25,357 nucleotides of DNA from a virus (Duplodnaviria; Caudoviricetes). The notes beneath the pieces were generated by a model that saw nothing but the letters and a program-made list of their open reading frames with translations, was not told the DNA's origin and made no database searches. This document shows, piece by piece, positions 1-8,008 of the stretch. How positions within the stretch are numbered: position 1 is the stretch's first letter; every line of letters starts with the position of its first letter. The stretch covers positions 1 to 25,357 of IMG/VR virus record IMGVR_UViG_3300048850_000003. The stretch is one strand, 5' to 3'. A program made the translations under genes and the position numbers.

Positions 1-26
1 TGGCTGGCCCCATCAAGTCTGCACGC

Positions 27-95
27 GGGCCCGTTAAGGCGCCCTTATTAAGGCTTCTTGATTAGGGCTTCCTTATCAAGGCTACCTATAAGGGC
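27..95. repeat. Degenerate ~14-bp tandem repeat, 5 units (host side of att)
   Basis: gggcccgttaaggc / gcccttattaaggc / ttcttgattagggc / ttccttatcaaggc / tacctataagggc at a 14-bp period (last unit 13 bp). Confidence 0.6.
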
Positions 96-109
96 GGCAA
101 TGGAAATCC

Positions 110-126
110 TGGTGCGAAGGAGGGGA
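110..126 (-). mobile_element. Prophage attachment-site core: duplicated 3' end of a tRNA (probably tRNA-Leu)
   Basis: Minus strand reads TCCCCTCCTTCGCACCA = T-stem 3' strand + acceptor CCTTCGC + discriminator A + CCA. There is no GTTCGA T-loop upstream, so it is a fragment and not a full tRNA. It lies at the end of the phage gene block. Confidence 0.75.
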
Positions 127-162
127 ACCGTATGGCTAATGAATACGCGGGTTTTGAGCAGT

Positions 163-269
163 TTGGCGTAGAATTGGCGTAGTGGCGCTCCGGTATGTCG
201 CCACTACACACGAGCCTTCTGCCGCCCTCCGGGGCGGTTCTTTTTGGGCGTAGAATTCGACCACTACAC
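163..269. repeat. Candidate integrase arm-type binding repeats
   Basis: ttggcgtag at 163-171 and 174-182; ggcgtagaatt at 165-175 and 247-257; ccactacac at 201-209 and 261-269; gtagtggcg/cgccactac inverted pair; all within ~150 bp of the att core on the phage side. Confidence 0.55.
221..245 (+). terminator. Intrinsic terminator
   Basis: gccgccc-tccg-gggcggt hairpin followed by tctttttt. Confidence 0.65.
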
Positions 270-282
270 GCCGCTCCCTCCC

Positions 283-1425
283 ATGGAACACGCCCATATC
301 GTCAACGGTCGTAGACGGCTCGACTTTATCTCAGCCCTGCGGGGCTGGGCAGCTCTGTACGTGGCGCTCCTGCATCTCACGTTCAACTCCCACGCGACGC
401 CGCCCGAATGGCTGCGGCCAGCTATCTCGTTTGGGGGGACGGCAGTCACGCTCTTCTTTGTCCTGAGCGCCTTCACTCTGTCAATGTCGATGGAGACGCG
501 GCAAGAGGGTGCCCCGGTACGCAACTTCTTCATCCGAAGGTTCTTCAGAATAGCGCCGCTGTTCTATTTCTGGGTCGTAGCGACTTCGCTGATTGGATAC
601 TTTGTATTCGGAGTGATACCAACACCCGCAGCGATAGCCTTGAATTTATCGTTTGGCTTCAATCTGGTCCCCGGATATGAATGGGGCGCAGCCTACGCGG
701 CTTGGTCGATTGGAACGGAAATGTTGTTCTATCTCCTGTTCCCCTTGGTATTTTCCACTAGCAGGAGTATCAAGGGTGCAGCCCTTTGGCTGCTCGCCAC
801 AGTTGCCGCCGCTGAGATATGGCGTGTGGTCGTTCATGGTGTCCCCTACCCCTATCCCTACACCAGCATAGTCAATCAGATGCCGGTCTTTGTGCTCGGC
901 ATCCTTGCCTATCGCCTTTACCAAAGCTTGCCGCGCTCACGGACGCTGGGACTGGGGCTGATCCTGGCAGCATTTGCTGGGTTCTGGCTGATGGCGTACC
1001 CGTTCGAGATCAAGCAACTGGGGAGTTCCCTGTACTTGCGCGCTGCACTCTGCGGGCTGCTTCTGATCGGGCTGGGCATGAATCAAATTCGGCTGCTGGT
1101 CAACCGTCCGCTCGTGTTCGGGGGGGATATCAGCTATTCAATCTACTTGACACACGCAGCCGCCTGCCTCTTGATCGAACCCGTCATCCCGTATCTCTAT
1201 GGGAAATTGCCGGTCCTGTTGGCATATCCGGCAGCATTCGGGACATTGCTGGTGGTCGTTATCCCAGCGTCCTACGTATCGTTTCTGCTTATCGAGAAGC
1301 CTGGGATCAGATTAGGCGACCGGATAATCAAGCTACTTCCCAGTCGCGGTTTTCTTCGGCTGGACCGTCGCGCCGAAGTAGTAGCCAATCACGTTCCCAA
1401 AGGCACCGCTCAAGGCGCCGAATAG
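283..1425 (+). CDS. Acyltransferase family 3 (OafA/Oac-like, AT3-only) surface-polysaccharide O-acyltransferase; lysogenic-conversion moron
   Basis: R-X10-H in TM1 (LRGWAALYVALLH), FFVLSA, RRFFRI, WSIGTEMLFY, GDISYSIYLTH; about 10 hydrophobic segments; no SGNH domain. ATG 283 preferred over TTG 244, which lies in the terminator tail. Confidence 0.88.
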   Translation: MEHAHIVNGRRRLDFISALRGWAALYVALLHLTFNSHATPPEWLRPAISFGGTAVTLFFVLSAFTLSMSMETRQEGAPVRNFFIRRFFRIAPLFYFWVVATSLIGYFVFGVIPTPAAIALNLSFGFNLVPGYEWGAAYAAWSIGTEMLFYLLFPLVFSTSRSIKGAALWLLATVAAAEIWRVVVHGVPYPYPYTSIVNQMPVFVLGILAYRLYQSLPRSRTLGLGLILAAFAGFWLMAYPFEIKQLGSSLYLRAALCGLLLIGLGMNQIRLLVNRPLVFGGDISYSIYLTHAAACLLIEPVIPYLYGKLPVLLAYPAAFGTLLVVVIPASYVSFLLIEKPGIRLGDRIIKLLPSRGFLRLDRRAEVVANHVPKGTAQGAE

Positions 1426-1845
1426 GATCAAGAGCGGTTCCTTGCTTCCTTCGGGGAACGATACGAACCCAAGCGCGCCGATCAGGGCGAAGAACCCCAG
1501 AGTGATCAGGAAGGCCAATGCCCTGGGCGTCCAGTCGTGAACCTCCATCTCCCGCTTCCTAGCGCTGTCGCGGTCATCGGCCTCTATCTTGGCGATGTCA
1601 GCCGCGTTCTTGAATCCGAGCTCCGCCATGCGGGCTTCGAAATCTAGTTCCGCTTGCTTTATTTTGGCTATGGTATCCGGGCTTGCCGTTACCAGCGCCG
1701 CTGATATCTGGGCATCTGACGGCTCATCTCCTAGTCCCAGCGCGTTGCCGATGGTCGCTACCGCTGCGCCTGCCAGTGGACCGCCCAAGGCCGTTGCAAG
1801 CATCGGAGCCGCAGTCCCTATGACTTTCTTCCAGTCGAACTCCAC
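1333..1845 (-). CDS. Holin-like membrane protein (3TM / GTA-holin-like)
   Basis: N-terminal APMLATALGGPLAG segment, DRDSARKRE motif, two C-terminal TMs ending GYYFG; follows the endolysin; GTG 1845 with AGGGGA RBS. Confidence 0.7.
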   Translation of the reverse strand: MEFDWKKVIGTAAPMLATALGGPLAGAAVATIGNALGLGDEPSDAQISAALVTASPDTIAKIKQAELDFEARMAELGFKNAADIAKIEADDRDSARKREMEVHDWTPRALAFLITLGFFALIGALGFVSFPEGSKEPLLILFGALSGAFGNVIGYYFGATVQPKKTATGK

Positions 1846-1846
1846 A

Positions 1847-2326
1847 CTATTCCCCTTGAACGGCACTTACGGCCTGCTTGTAGAAATCGTCCCAGGTCTC
1901 GCGATGCGGCTTCCCTGGGCGCCAGTTGGCGATGTAGTAGTTCCAAGCCGCCTCGGCATTGCCAATCGCCGGCAGCGGGTCAGGATCGGTCCAGAGCAGC
2001 AGCCTGGCGAAAGCAGCCGCCAGAATGTCGTCGTTCGGGATGGCCTTGTAGACCGCATCGGGATTCGCGAATACATCCCGCTTAGCGCAGACCACGCGAG
2101 CCCAGAGATCTGATTCGCCATGCGTCAGGACGCCCTTGACGCCGCCGCCCTTCTCGAACTGCCATAGCCCTACGGCTGGCCCTCCGATCTGCCTGCGGTA
2201 CTTCAGCCGACTTTCCTGCAAGCCAATGGCGAGAAGTTGGATCTTTGCCGCGTCCGAGGTCATCCCAGGCGGCAGAAGTGTCAGGGCAGGCTCTATCGCG
2301 TCCCGCAAGCATTCTTGAGGCGTCAT
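1847..2326 (-). CDS. Endolysin, lysozyme/transglycosylase-like fold
   Basis: LLAIGLQES (catalytic Glu-Ser) and GPAVGLWQFE motifs; position in the lysis cassette. Confidence 0.75.
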   Translation of the reverse strand: MTPQECLRDAIEPALTLLPPGMTSDAAKIQLLAIGLQESRLKYRRQIGGPAVGLWQFEKGGGVKGVLTHGESDLWARVVCAKRDVFANPDAVYKAIPNDDILAAAFARLLLWTDPDPLPAIGNAEAAWNYYIANWRPGKPHRETWDDFYKQAVSAVQGE

Positions 2327-2619
2327 TGCTCTTCCACCTTTGCTCCAGACTTCATCAAAGAACGCACGAGCGTCCAGGCCCGGTCCCCATCCTTCGCTGC
2401 GCGCGCCTGTTCAGCTTTCATGACCGTGATATCCGTCTGGATTTGGGCCAGGCTGTCGGCGGACTTATCGACTTTCTCCAGCGTCTTACTCCCATACCAG
2501 ATGTAGCCGCCACTCATTGCCATGGCGACCGCAGCGCCTCCCGCGAATCCCCAATACAGCTTGTCCACGCGGCGCTCTAGCGCAAGGAGACGGGTTCGGA
2601 TATCGTCTATGCTCATCAT
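2323..2619 (-). CDS. Single-TM lysis-cassette protein
   Basis: One TM (LYWGFAGGAAVAMAMSGGYIWY) flanked by coiled-coil-like segments; ATGA overlap with the endolysin. Confidence 0.6.
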   Translation of the reverse strand: MMSIDDIRTRLLALERRVDKLYWGFAGGAAVAMAMSGGYIWYGSKTLEKVDKSADSLAQIQTDITVMKAEQARAAKDGDRAWTLVRSLMKSGAKVEEQ

Positions 2620-2629
2620 TCGGCCAATG

Positions 2630-2651
2630 AAAAAACCCGCCTAAGCGGGTT
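2630..2651 (-). terminator. Intrinsic terminator
   Basis: Minus strand AACCCGC-TTAG-GCGGGTT-TTTTC. Confidence 0.75.
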
Positions 2652-2814
2652 ATGCGGGGGGAAGAGGCTCGTTTCCATCTGCGAGCCAGTTCTGGTAAAG
2701 GTCCCAGAATCTGTGCCCCTGAGGGACTACCCAAACACGGCCAAAGCTGTCCGTGAACAGGATATATCCAGGCTCAACCGAACCGTCCGGTGCCAGTAAT
2801 TGCTGGAATTTCAT
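2650..2814 (-). CDS. Small tail-fibre-associated (chaperone-like) protein, 54 aa, not in ORF track
   Basis: MKFQQLLAPDGSVEPGYILFTDSFGRVWVVPQGHRFWDLYQNWLADGNEPLPPA; TAATG overlap with the fibre stop; YxxWLxxGNxP motif typical of genes downstream of tail fibres. Confidence 0.7.
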   Translation of the reverse strand: MKFQQLLAPDGSVEPGYILFTDSFGRVWVVPQGHRFWDLYQNWLADGNEPLPPA

Positions 2815-4277
2815 TACAGCCTCGCATCGAAGATGTAGATGTAATCAAGAGCGAAGCAATCCCCCGCAGCGGCGGAAACAAGCCGAAAACGAGCGCTTGC
2901 ACTTGAGGGATTGACGATGCTTTGCGAACTCAGGTTTGACGATGAGCCGGCAGAAAGGAGCGTTGCCGCAGGCGCTATCCTCATCTGCGAGTACGCTATC
3001 GTTGACTCAAAGGTAGTGCCGGCCCCTCCCGCCGTGGCTCTGAATGAGCAATTTATCTTGCTGAAATAGCGATTCAGGATCGATCTTTCTGCGCCATAGC
3101 CATGGAGTTCAAATGGCGTTGGTAGCCCAGTCGATGGAGCATCGCTCGGGCAATCCTCGATCTGTGCCTGCGCGATGTTTACGGTAAAGGTGGTGGACTG
3201 GGGAAGGCCGATAGCTATGCTCAGATAGTCAGATGTGCCTATCGTCTTCCCGGAGATCGACGGGATGTCAAGCCGCACACTGAACCTTTGCGGAGTCGTC
3301 GTCAGCGTCCAGGAAACGGCGGTATTCGTGACGACACTGGCCGAGCCGCCGCTTCCGAACACCTGATTCACACCAATGTTGGTCACGCTCAGGGTGCCAC
3401 TCGCTACCCACATCCATACTGAAAGCGTGGCGGATTTTCCCTCAAAAGTCCCTACGCTTTCGAGGCGTTGGAAGATCGCTGGCGCCGTAGAACCGCCGAC
3501 CGTTTGCGCGACCTGCATATAGAACCGAGCCGGCGTCGTCATCCCCGCAGGCTCGGCACCAGCGGCGAATGCGGTCTGTGAAGCGGTAGCCGTACCCCCA
3601 GTCCCTGCGGCGTACCCCCACGCTGACGAAACGTAGTTCCCACCCGCGGTAGCGGCTACGGATGGACCGGCGTCCCAGAAATCGAAGTTGCCATCTACGA
3701 ATCGGTTCCGGAAGGCGAACGGCGAGCCCATCGGAACGATCTGGTTCCCCAGAATGCCGGACTGCACACGGAAATTCGTGCCGTCGTAGACCAACTCATA
3801 GGGCGTTCCAACGACGAGCGCGCCGGCCCACAGCCCTACGCCATCCGACCGGGTGATGGTCTTGGCACCCAGGGCAGCTATATTGATAGTTGGGTTGGAG
3901 AGGGTATTGGTCGCAACCGGGGTATAGACAAAGCGCATCCCAGCGACGAGCGCCGTAGGAGCAGGCGAAGCCACGGCGGTAATTGCGTCCCCGGTTCCCC
4001 CAACGGCGGACAACACATTCATGGTGCCAGCCTGGAGTTGGCCAGCGTTCACCGCATCGGTCGTGTCGACCGCAGCAGCTACCCCGGTTAGGCGAAAGCC
4101 GCCCAAGGGGATATTGGCTGTCGGGGTAGTCTGTCCATCCTTCGTGATACAGTTGGACAGTCCGTTGTTCGCTATGTCGGACAGGGTGTTATTCGCCCAC
4201 GACGAGCTGATAACGGTCCCCGTAACAACCGGGTTCCCGGTCGGCAGCGTAAAAATTCCTGCGCCGTTGTATGGCAT
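2814..4277 (-). CDS. Tail fibre / receptor-binding protein
   Basis: N-terminal virion-anchor segment (MPYNGAGIF...KDGQTTPTANIPLGGFRLTGV), RNRFVDGNFDFW and TPFE...NRYF motifs, beta-rich composition. Confidence 0.8.
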   Translation of the reverse strand: MPYNGAGIFTLPTGNPVVTGTVISSSWANNTLSDIANNGLSNCITKDGQTTPTANIPLGGFRLTGVAAAVDTTDAVNAGQLQAGTMNVLSAVGGTGDAITAVASPAPTALVAGMRFVYTPVATNTLSNPTINIAALGAKTITRSDGVGLWAGALVVGTPYELVYDGTNFRVQSGILGNQIVPMGSPFAFRNRFVDGNFDFWDAGPSVAATAGGNYVSSAWGYAAGTGGTATASQTAFAAGAEPAGMTTPARFYMQVAQTVGGSTAPAIFQRLESVGTFEGKSATLSVWMWVASGTLSVTNIGVNQVFGSGGSASVVTNTAVSWTLTTTPQRFSVRLDIPSISGKTIGTSDYLSIAIGLPQSTTFTVNIAQAQIEDCPSDAPSTGLPTPFELHGYGAERSILNRYFSKINCSFRATAGGAGTTFESTIAYSQMRIAPAATLLSAGSSSNLSSQSIVNPSSASARFRLVSAAAGDCFALDYIYIFDARL

Positions 4278-4292
4278 ATATCACCTGAAATG

Positions 4293-4314
4293 AAAAAAGC
4301 CCCGTTAGGGGCTT
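4293..4314 (-). terminator. Intrinsic terminator
   Basis: Minus strand AAGCCCC-TAAC-GGGGCTT-TTTT. Confidence 0.75.
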
Positions 4315-4325
4315 AGGGATACGAA

Positions 4326-4496
4326 ATGTCAGACGAAACTATCCGCAGCATCGTCCTGGCAGTCCTCATGGGGTCTGCCGGGCTGTTCATGCCTGTCGTT
4401 AAGCGTTGGCTATTTCGCCTGTGCGACCGAATTGACCAGCGATGGGATAAGAAAGGGTGCGAGCGGCGAGCCGAGTTGCGTAAGGGTCGTCCCTAG
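4326..4496 (+). CDS. Small antisense single-TM protein, 56 aa (superinfection-exclusion candidate), not in ORF track
   Basis: AGGGA RBS + ATG; MSDETIRSIVLAVLMGSAGLFMPVVKRWLFRLCDRIDQRWDKKGCERRAELRKGRP; fills the gap between the terminator and the last ejection gene. Confidence 0.5.
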   Translation: MSDETIRSIVLAVLMGSAGLFMPVVKRWLFRLCDRIDQRWDKKGCERRAELRKGRP

Positions 4497-6203
4497 CTGG
4501 TCTGCGCCCGCAGGCCGCTTCATCAGCAACGTTTGGATGGCCTTCTGCCCCATGCGCGTATAGGGAAGGATCGTGCCTCCCACGCCAACAGCGAGAGGGC
4601 CCGCTATTTCGGCAGGCAAGAACTGATGGCCTGCAAGGGCCCCCACTCCCAGACCGAGCCGGCCAGCCGTACCGCTATCTGGATATTTCGACCCCAGTAC
4701 GTCCTGAGCTGCGCGGGAGAAATCCTGCATCAGCGCTTCGCCACGCGCCGTAGCGCCTTTGCCGGCAGACTTATCGGCACTGCGCACAGCGTTGTTCAGT
4801 TGCGCCGCTGTGAATATGCCATTCCTGTTCATCGCCCCTTGAGAGCCCGCAGCCGTCCGCAGGCGTACATAGTTCGCCCAGGCCTCGTTCGCTTTGCCCA
4901 GATCTGTGACTGCATCAGCCGGGTTATATCGAGGTAGCGATGCTTCCACCGCATTCCGAACTTCCGTAATGGCTGCGCCGAGTTGCCGATTGTCCCAAGA
5001 AGGATCGCCAGACAGCCCCTGCGCGATACGAGATAGCTCGGACTGGACCCCCTTGAGGGTCTGACCATCCATCTGCCCATTGGGGTTCAGCTTGTTCACC
5101 AACTGGGTTTGAACGATGTTGGTGAACGTCTTCTGCTGGGCCTGCGGGAGAGCGCCGGCCATGTTCCCAAGTTTCAGGATATCTTGCTGGAAGGCCGGGT
5201 CGTTCGCGTTGAAATGCATCCTGGACAGAGCATTGTCGTACGCATCCCCAATCCTCGCTTCAACAGCAGCCACGCCTTCATTGCCTATCGGGCCGGAGTA
5301 TTTCTGCCCCAAAGGCTCCAGGACCTTGTTATAGGTCGCGGAGTTCAGGCTGTTGACAGAGCGCTGCTGGGCACCCTTGATGAAGTCGCCAAGGATCGGA
5401 ACGCTCGTCAACTTGTCTTCGGTGCGAGCAATAGCCCCCCCAAGGATTTGCCCGGGCGTGAGGTCTACCCCAGCGGCAGAGAGCGCCTTCTGAGCGTGGC
5501 CGCCAAGGCCAGAAATCGCCTTCCCGGCAGCCTGCATGACCGGGACGCCAGCAGCCCCCAGCAGCCCGCTGGATATCGCCTGATCCAGGGAGCGATCCCC
5601 AAGGGTTTCTCCCGGGGCTAGATTAGCCGCAGGCATCAGCAACGAGCTTTGGGCACCTGATCCTGCTCCCATCAGCAGCTTGCCGACTAGGCTCATGCCT
5701 TGCATTTCCGGGGCGGCGGCCATCAAAGGGGCGGCACCGATAACGTTCCCGCTCAGGCGCCCCCAATCCACTCCATCCTGACCTTGCCTGGATGCATCGT
5801 ATTGCGCGTTGTGGGCGTCAATTGTGGATTGGATCTGCGGCACCATCGCCGTGAAATCCTTGGCGATCTTGGAGTCTGGCGCGATCTTGTTTGCCGCCCA
5901 CGCCGTGGCACCTGCGATCTTCTGGATTGCCCCCATGACGGCATCACCGACTCCCATGCCGACGGAATTCGGCGTCTGCCAGGTGGGATTTGTGCCGCCC
6001 ATCTCCAGCCGCATCGCACCGTCGGGACTGCGACCTTCCAGTACAGCGCCGTTGAGGTCTTGCGGGCCTTGGGGGGGTTGGGGTGGCTGCTGAGTTTGAG
6101 GCCCCTGTGCGGCCATCCCAGCGTCCCGGGCAATGATGGCATCCAGCGCCGATCCCTGCTGGGGGGCGGAATCCCGAGCGATGATGTCGTCTAGAGCGCT
6201 CAT
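4410..6203 (-). CDS. Internal virion / DNA ejection protein
   Basis: Ala/Gly-rich helical protein with hydrophobic glycine-rich stretches; last of the ejection block; ATGA overlap gives start 6203. Confidence 0.7.
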   Translation of the reverse strand: MSALDDIIARDSAPQQGSALDAIIARDAGMAAQGPQTQQPPQPPQGPQDLNGAVLEGRSPDGAMRLEMGGTNPTWQTPNSVGMGVGDAVMGAIQKIAGATAWAANKIAPDSKIAKDFTAMVPQIQSTIDAHNAQYDASRQGQDGVDWGRLSGNVIGAAPLMAAAPEMQGMSLVGKLLMGAGSGAQSSLLMPAANLAPGETLGDRSLDQAISSGLLGAAGVPVMQAAGKAISGLGGHAQKALSAAGVDLTPGQILGGAIARTEDKLTSVPILGDFIKGAQQRSVNSLNSATYNKVLEPLGQKYSGPIGNEGVAAVEARIGDAYDNALSRMHFNANDPAFQQDILKLGNMAGALPQAQQKTFTNIVQTQLVNKLNPNGQMDGQTLKGVQSELSRIAQGLSGDPSWDNRQLGAAITEVRNAVEASLPRYNPADAVTDLGKANEAWANYVRLRTAAGSQGAMNRNGIFTAAQLNNAVRSADKSAGKGATARGEALMQDFSRAAQDVLGSKYPDSGTAGRLGLGVGALAGHQFLPAEIAGPLAVGVGGTILPYTRMGQKAIQTLLMKRPAGADQLGTTLTQLGSPLAPFLIPSLVNSVAQAK

Positions 6204-8008
6204 TTCAGCAATCCATTTTGAGCGGCCCACTCAAGCCTTGCGCGTACTTGCGGGTCTTTCGCGGCCTGTACCAGAGCTTGCGCCCGTTGCGGGCTTGGCG
6301 GCTGAGCGATGATCCCGGCGATCTTGGGCGTCATGTTCTGGTCGAACTGATTTTCCAGGCGGTTATAGGTCTTGGCATCCCCGCCCGCGTAGGCATCCGA
6401 AAGATAATCCGCCTTGAGCATACGCATCTGGACTTGCCCCTTCAGGGTCTGGAGGCCGTTCTCGATGGCCTGTTTCGGCGCTCCATACGACGGGATCGAC
6501 CCATAGACGAGTTCCCGCGCCGCGTCAGAATTCATGCCGAGTTGGCTACCCAAATTCGTCACGAGGTTGTCGCGGGACTTTTCGTATTCCGCTGCGTTTG
6601 CACTCGTCAATCCCGCCAACTTGGCCAGATACGTGCCAGCCGTAGCGACGTTCTTCCCTTGGGACAGGCCGATCATGTTGTCGATGTCCTGGAGTGCTGA
6701 CGTACCGCCAGCACGCATCCCTTGCAGGCCCTGGTAGGATCTCTGCATGGTATCGATCTGACCGGACGCGAGCCCTTCGGCGTTCTTCTGAGCGGCCAGC
6801 GGGGGGGCGGGATACGCCGCAGACTGCCCAAACACACCTTGAGGCCCGTTCTCGTGCAGCGTGATAGCAGTTCCAATTGCCAAGCGTTGGAGCGGATTGG
6901 ACAGGTCGATCTTCTGGTTCGGATCAATCCCCAAACGTGCAGCCGCTGCCTTGATATAAGCGTCGGTGTTGTTCTCGTTCGGGGGAGCCCACTTCCTGAT
7001 GACACCAGCGAGTGTGTCAATTCCCTGCTTCCCATAGCTTTGGAGGTTGGCATCCAGCGCCCTGATGCCAGTTTCCATGTCGGGATACTGTGCGAACTGC
7101 CCCTGAGGGCGCAGGTTCCCGGGGTTGTTGTTCCGGATGCCCAGGGGAGCGTTAACGTTCACGGCGTCCGTACGGCTCATAGTCGGTAGCGGGTTGCCCT
7201 GCGCGTCATACTGAGTCGGGGCGGGCAATTGGCTACCCTTCCCCCCTTCTTCCGCTGCCGCGCTGCCCGCAACCGCTTGTGGCCCACCGGCTAACGGAAC
7301 AGTCGCAAAGCCGCCATTTGCAAGCTGGAGGTTTTGATACCCAGGCGGCGCCGCAGACGGAGCAGTAGTCACGCCACCCGTTCCAGCATTGACCAATGCG
7401 CTGTTGGGCGCGAGCGGGATAGAGATGTCCTTGGTGAACTGAGCTCGGTTCGCCGCCTGCGGGTCGAATCCCCCCTGACGCCCGGCCAAGGTCGCATCCG
7501 TGGGCTTCATGTACGGTGCGATGTACTGCTTGGAATATTCGGTCGGCCCAAGGGACATATATAGGTAGGCCGCTTGCTGGGGCGGTATGCCGCCCGGGTT
7601 CATCGGACCACCAGGAGCCAGCATCCCCCCAGACGCTTGGGCTTGAGGCTGCACCGAGCTAGTCGGGGTGGCGGATGCGCCCTGCCCTAGGGCTGCGTCC
7701 TGCGGCGGCTGTTGGCCCTGAGCGGGAGTCCCTATCAATGCGCCCATCTGCGCAGTTCCAAGGTCCCTATACCCCTGCGCGGTCTGGTTTGCAAGCTTCC
7801 CAGCCAGCAGAGCCTGCCCCAACTGAGCCAAGCCAGCGCCTATGTTGTACTTCGGCACCACCGGCATATTCGTGGGGATCTGCGATGCCTGGTTTTGCAC
7901 CGAGCCTTGCATCAGTGCCTGCGCCAGCGCCTGCTGATTCTGAAGCGCGTAGTAATCCCCCTGGTATTGCGGAAGGATCGTGCCAGTAGTCGGAGCGGTC
8001 GCCATCAA
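6200..8008 (-). CDS. Internal virion / ejection protein with a peptidoglycan-hydrolase-like domain
   Basis: GIRNNNPGNLR...GIRAL...KWAPPNENNTDAYI...HENG lysozyme-like domain embedded in a Q/A/G-rich protein. Confidence 0.72.
   Translation of the reverse strand: MMATAPTTGTILPQYQGDYYALQNQQALAQALMQGSVQNQASQIPTNMPVVPKYNIGAGLAQLGQALLAGKLANQTAQGYRDLGTAQMGALIGTPAQGQQPPQDAALGQGASATPTSSVQPQAQASGGMLAPGGPMNPGGIPPQQAAYLYMSLGPTEYSKQYIAPYMKPTDATLAGRQGGFDPQAANRAQFTKDISIPLAPNSALVNAGTGGVTTAPSAAPPGYQNLQLANGGFATVPLAGGPQAVAGSAAAEEGGKGSQLPAPTQYDAQGNPLPTMSRTDAVNVNAPLGIRNNNPGNLRPQGQFAQYPDMETGIRALDANLQSYGKQGIDTLAGVIRKWAPPNENNTDAYIKAAAARLGIDPNQKIDLSNPLQRLAIGTAITLHENGPQGVFGQSAAYPAPPLAAQKNAEGLASGQIDTMQRSYQGLQGMRAGGTSALQDIDNMIGLSQGKNVATAGTYLAKLAGLTSANAAEYEKSRDNLVTNLGSQLGMNSDAARELVYGSIPSYGAPKQAIENGLQTLKGQVQMRMLKADYLSDAYAGGDAKTYNRLENQFDQNMTPKIAGIIAQPPSPQRAQALVQAAKDPQVRARLEWAAQNGLLK

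Noticed and set aside
169-256. TAGAAT hexamers as the moron's -10 promoter element
   Set aside because: No matching -35 or extended -10 at proper spacing, and they fall within the att arm-like repeats; cannot be supported without TSS data.
819-1505. 228-aa alternative-frame ORF within the acyltransferase
   Set aside because: Arg/Ser/Pro-rich off-frame composition with no recognisable domain.
2814-4277. Diversity-generating retroelement targeting the tail fibre (BPP-1-like)
   Set aside because: No reverse transcriptase and no TR/VR duplicate of the fibre 3' end in this window.
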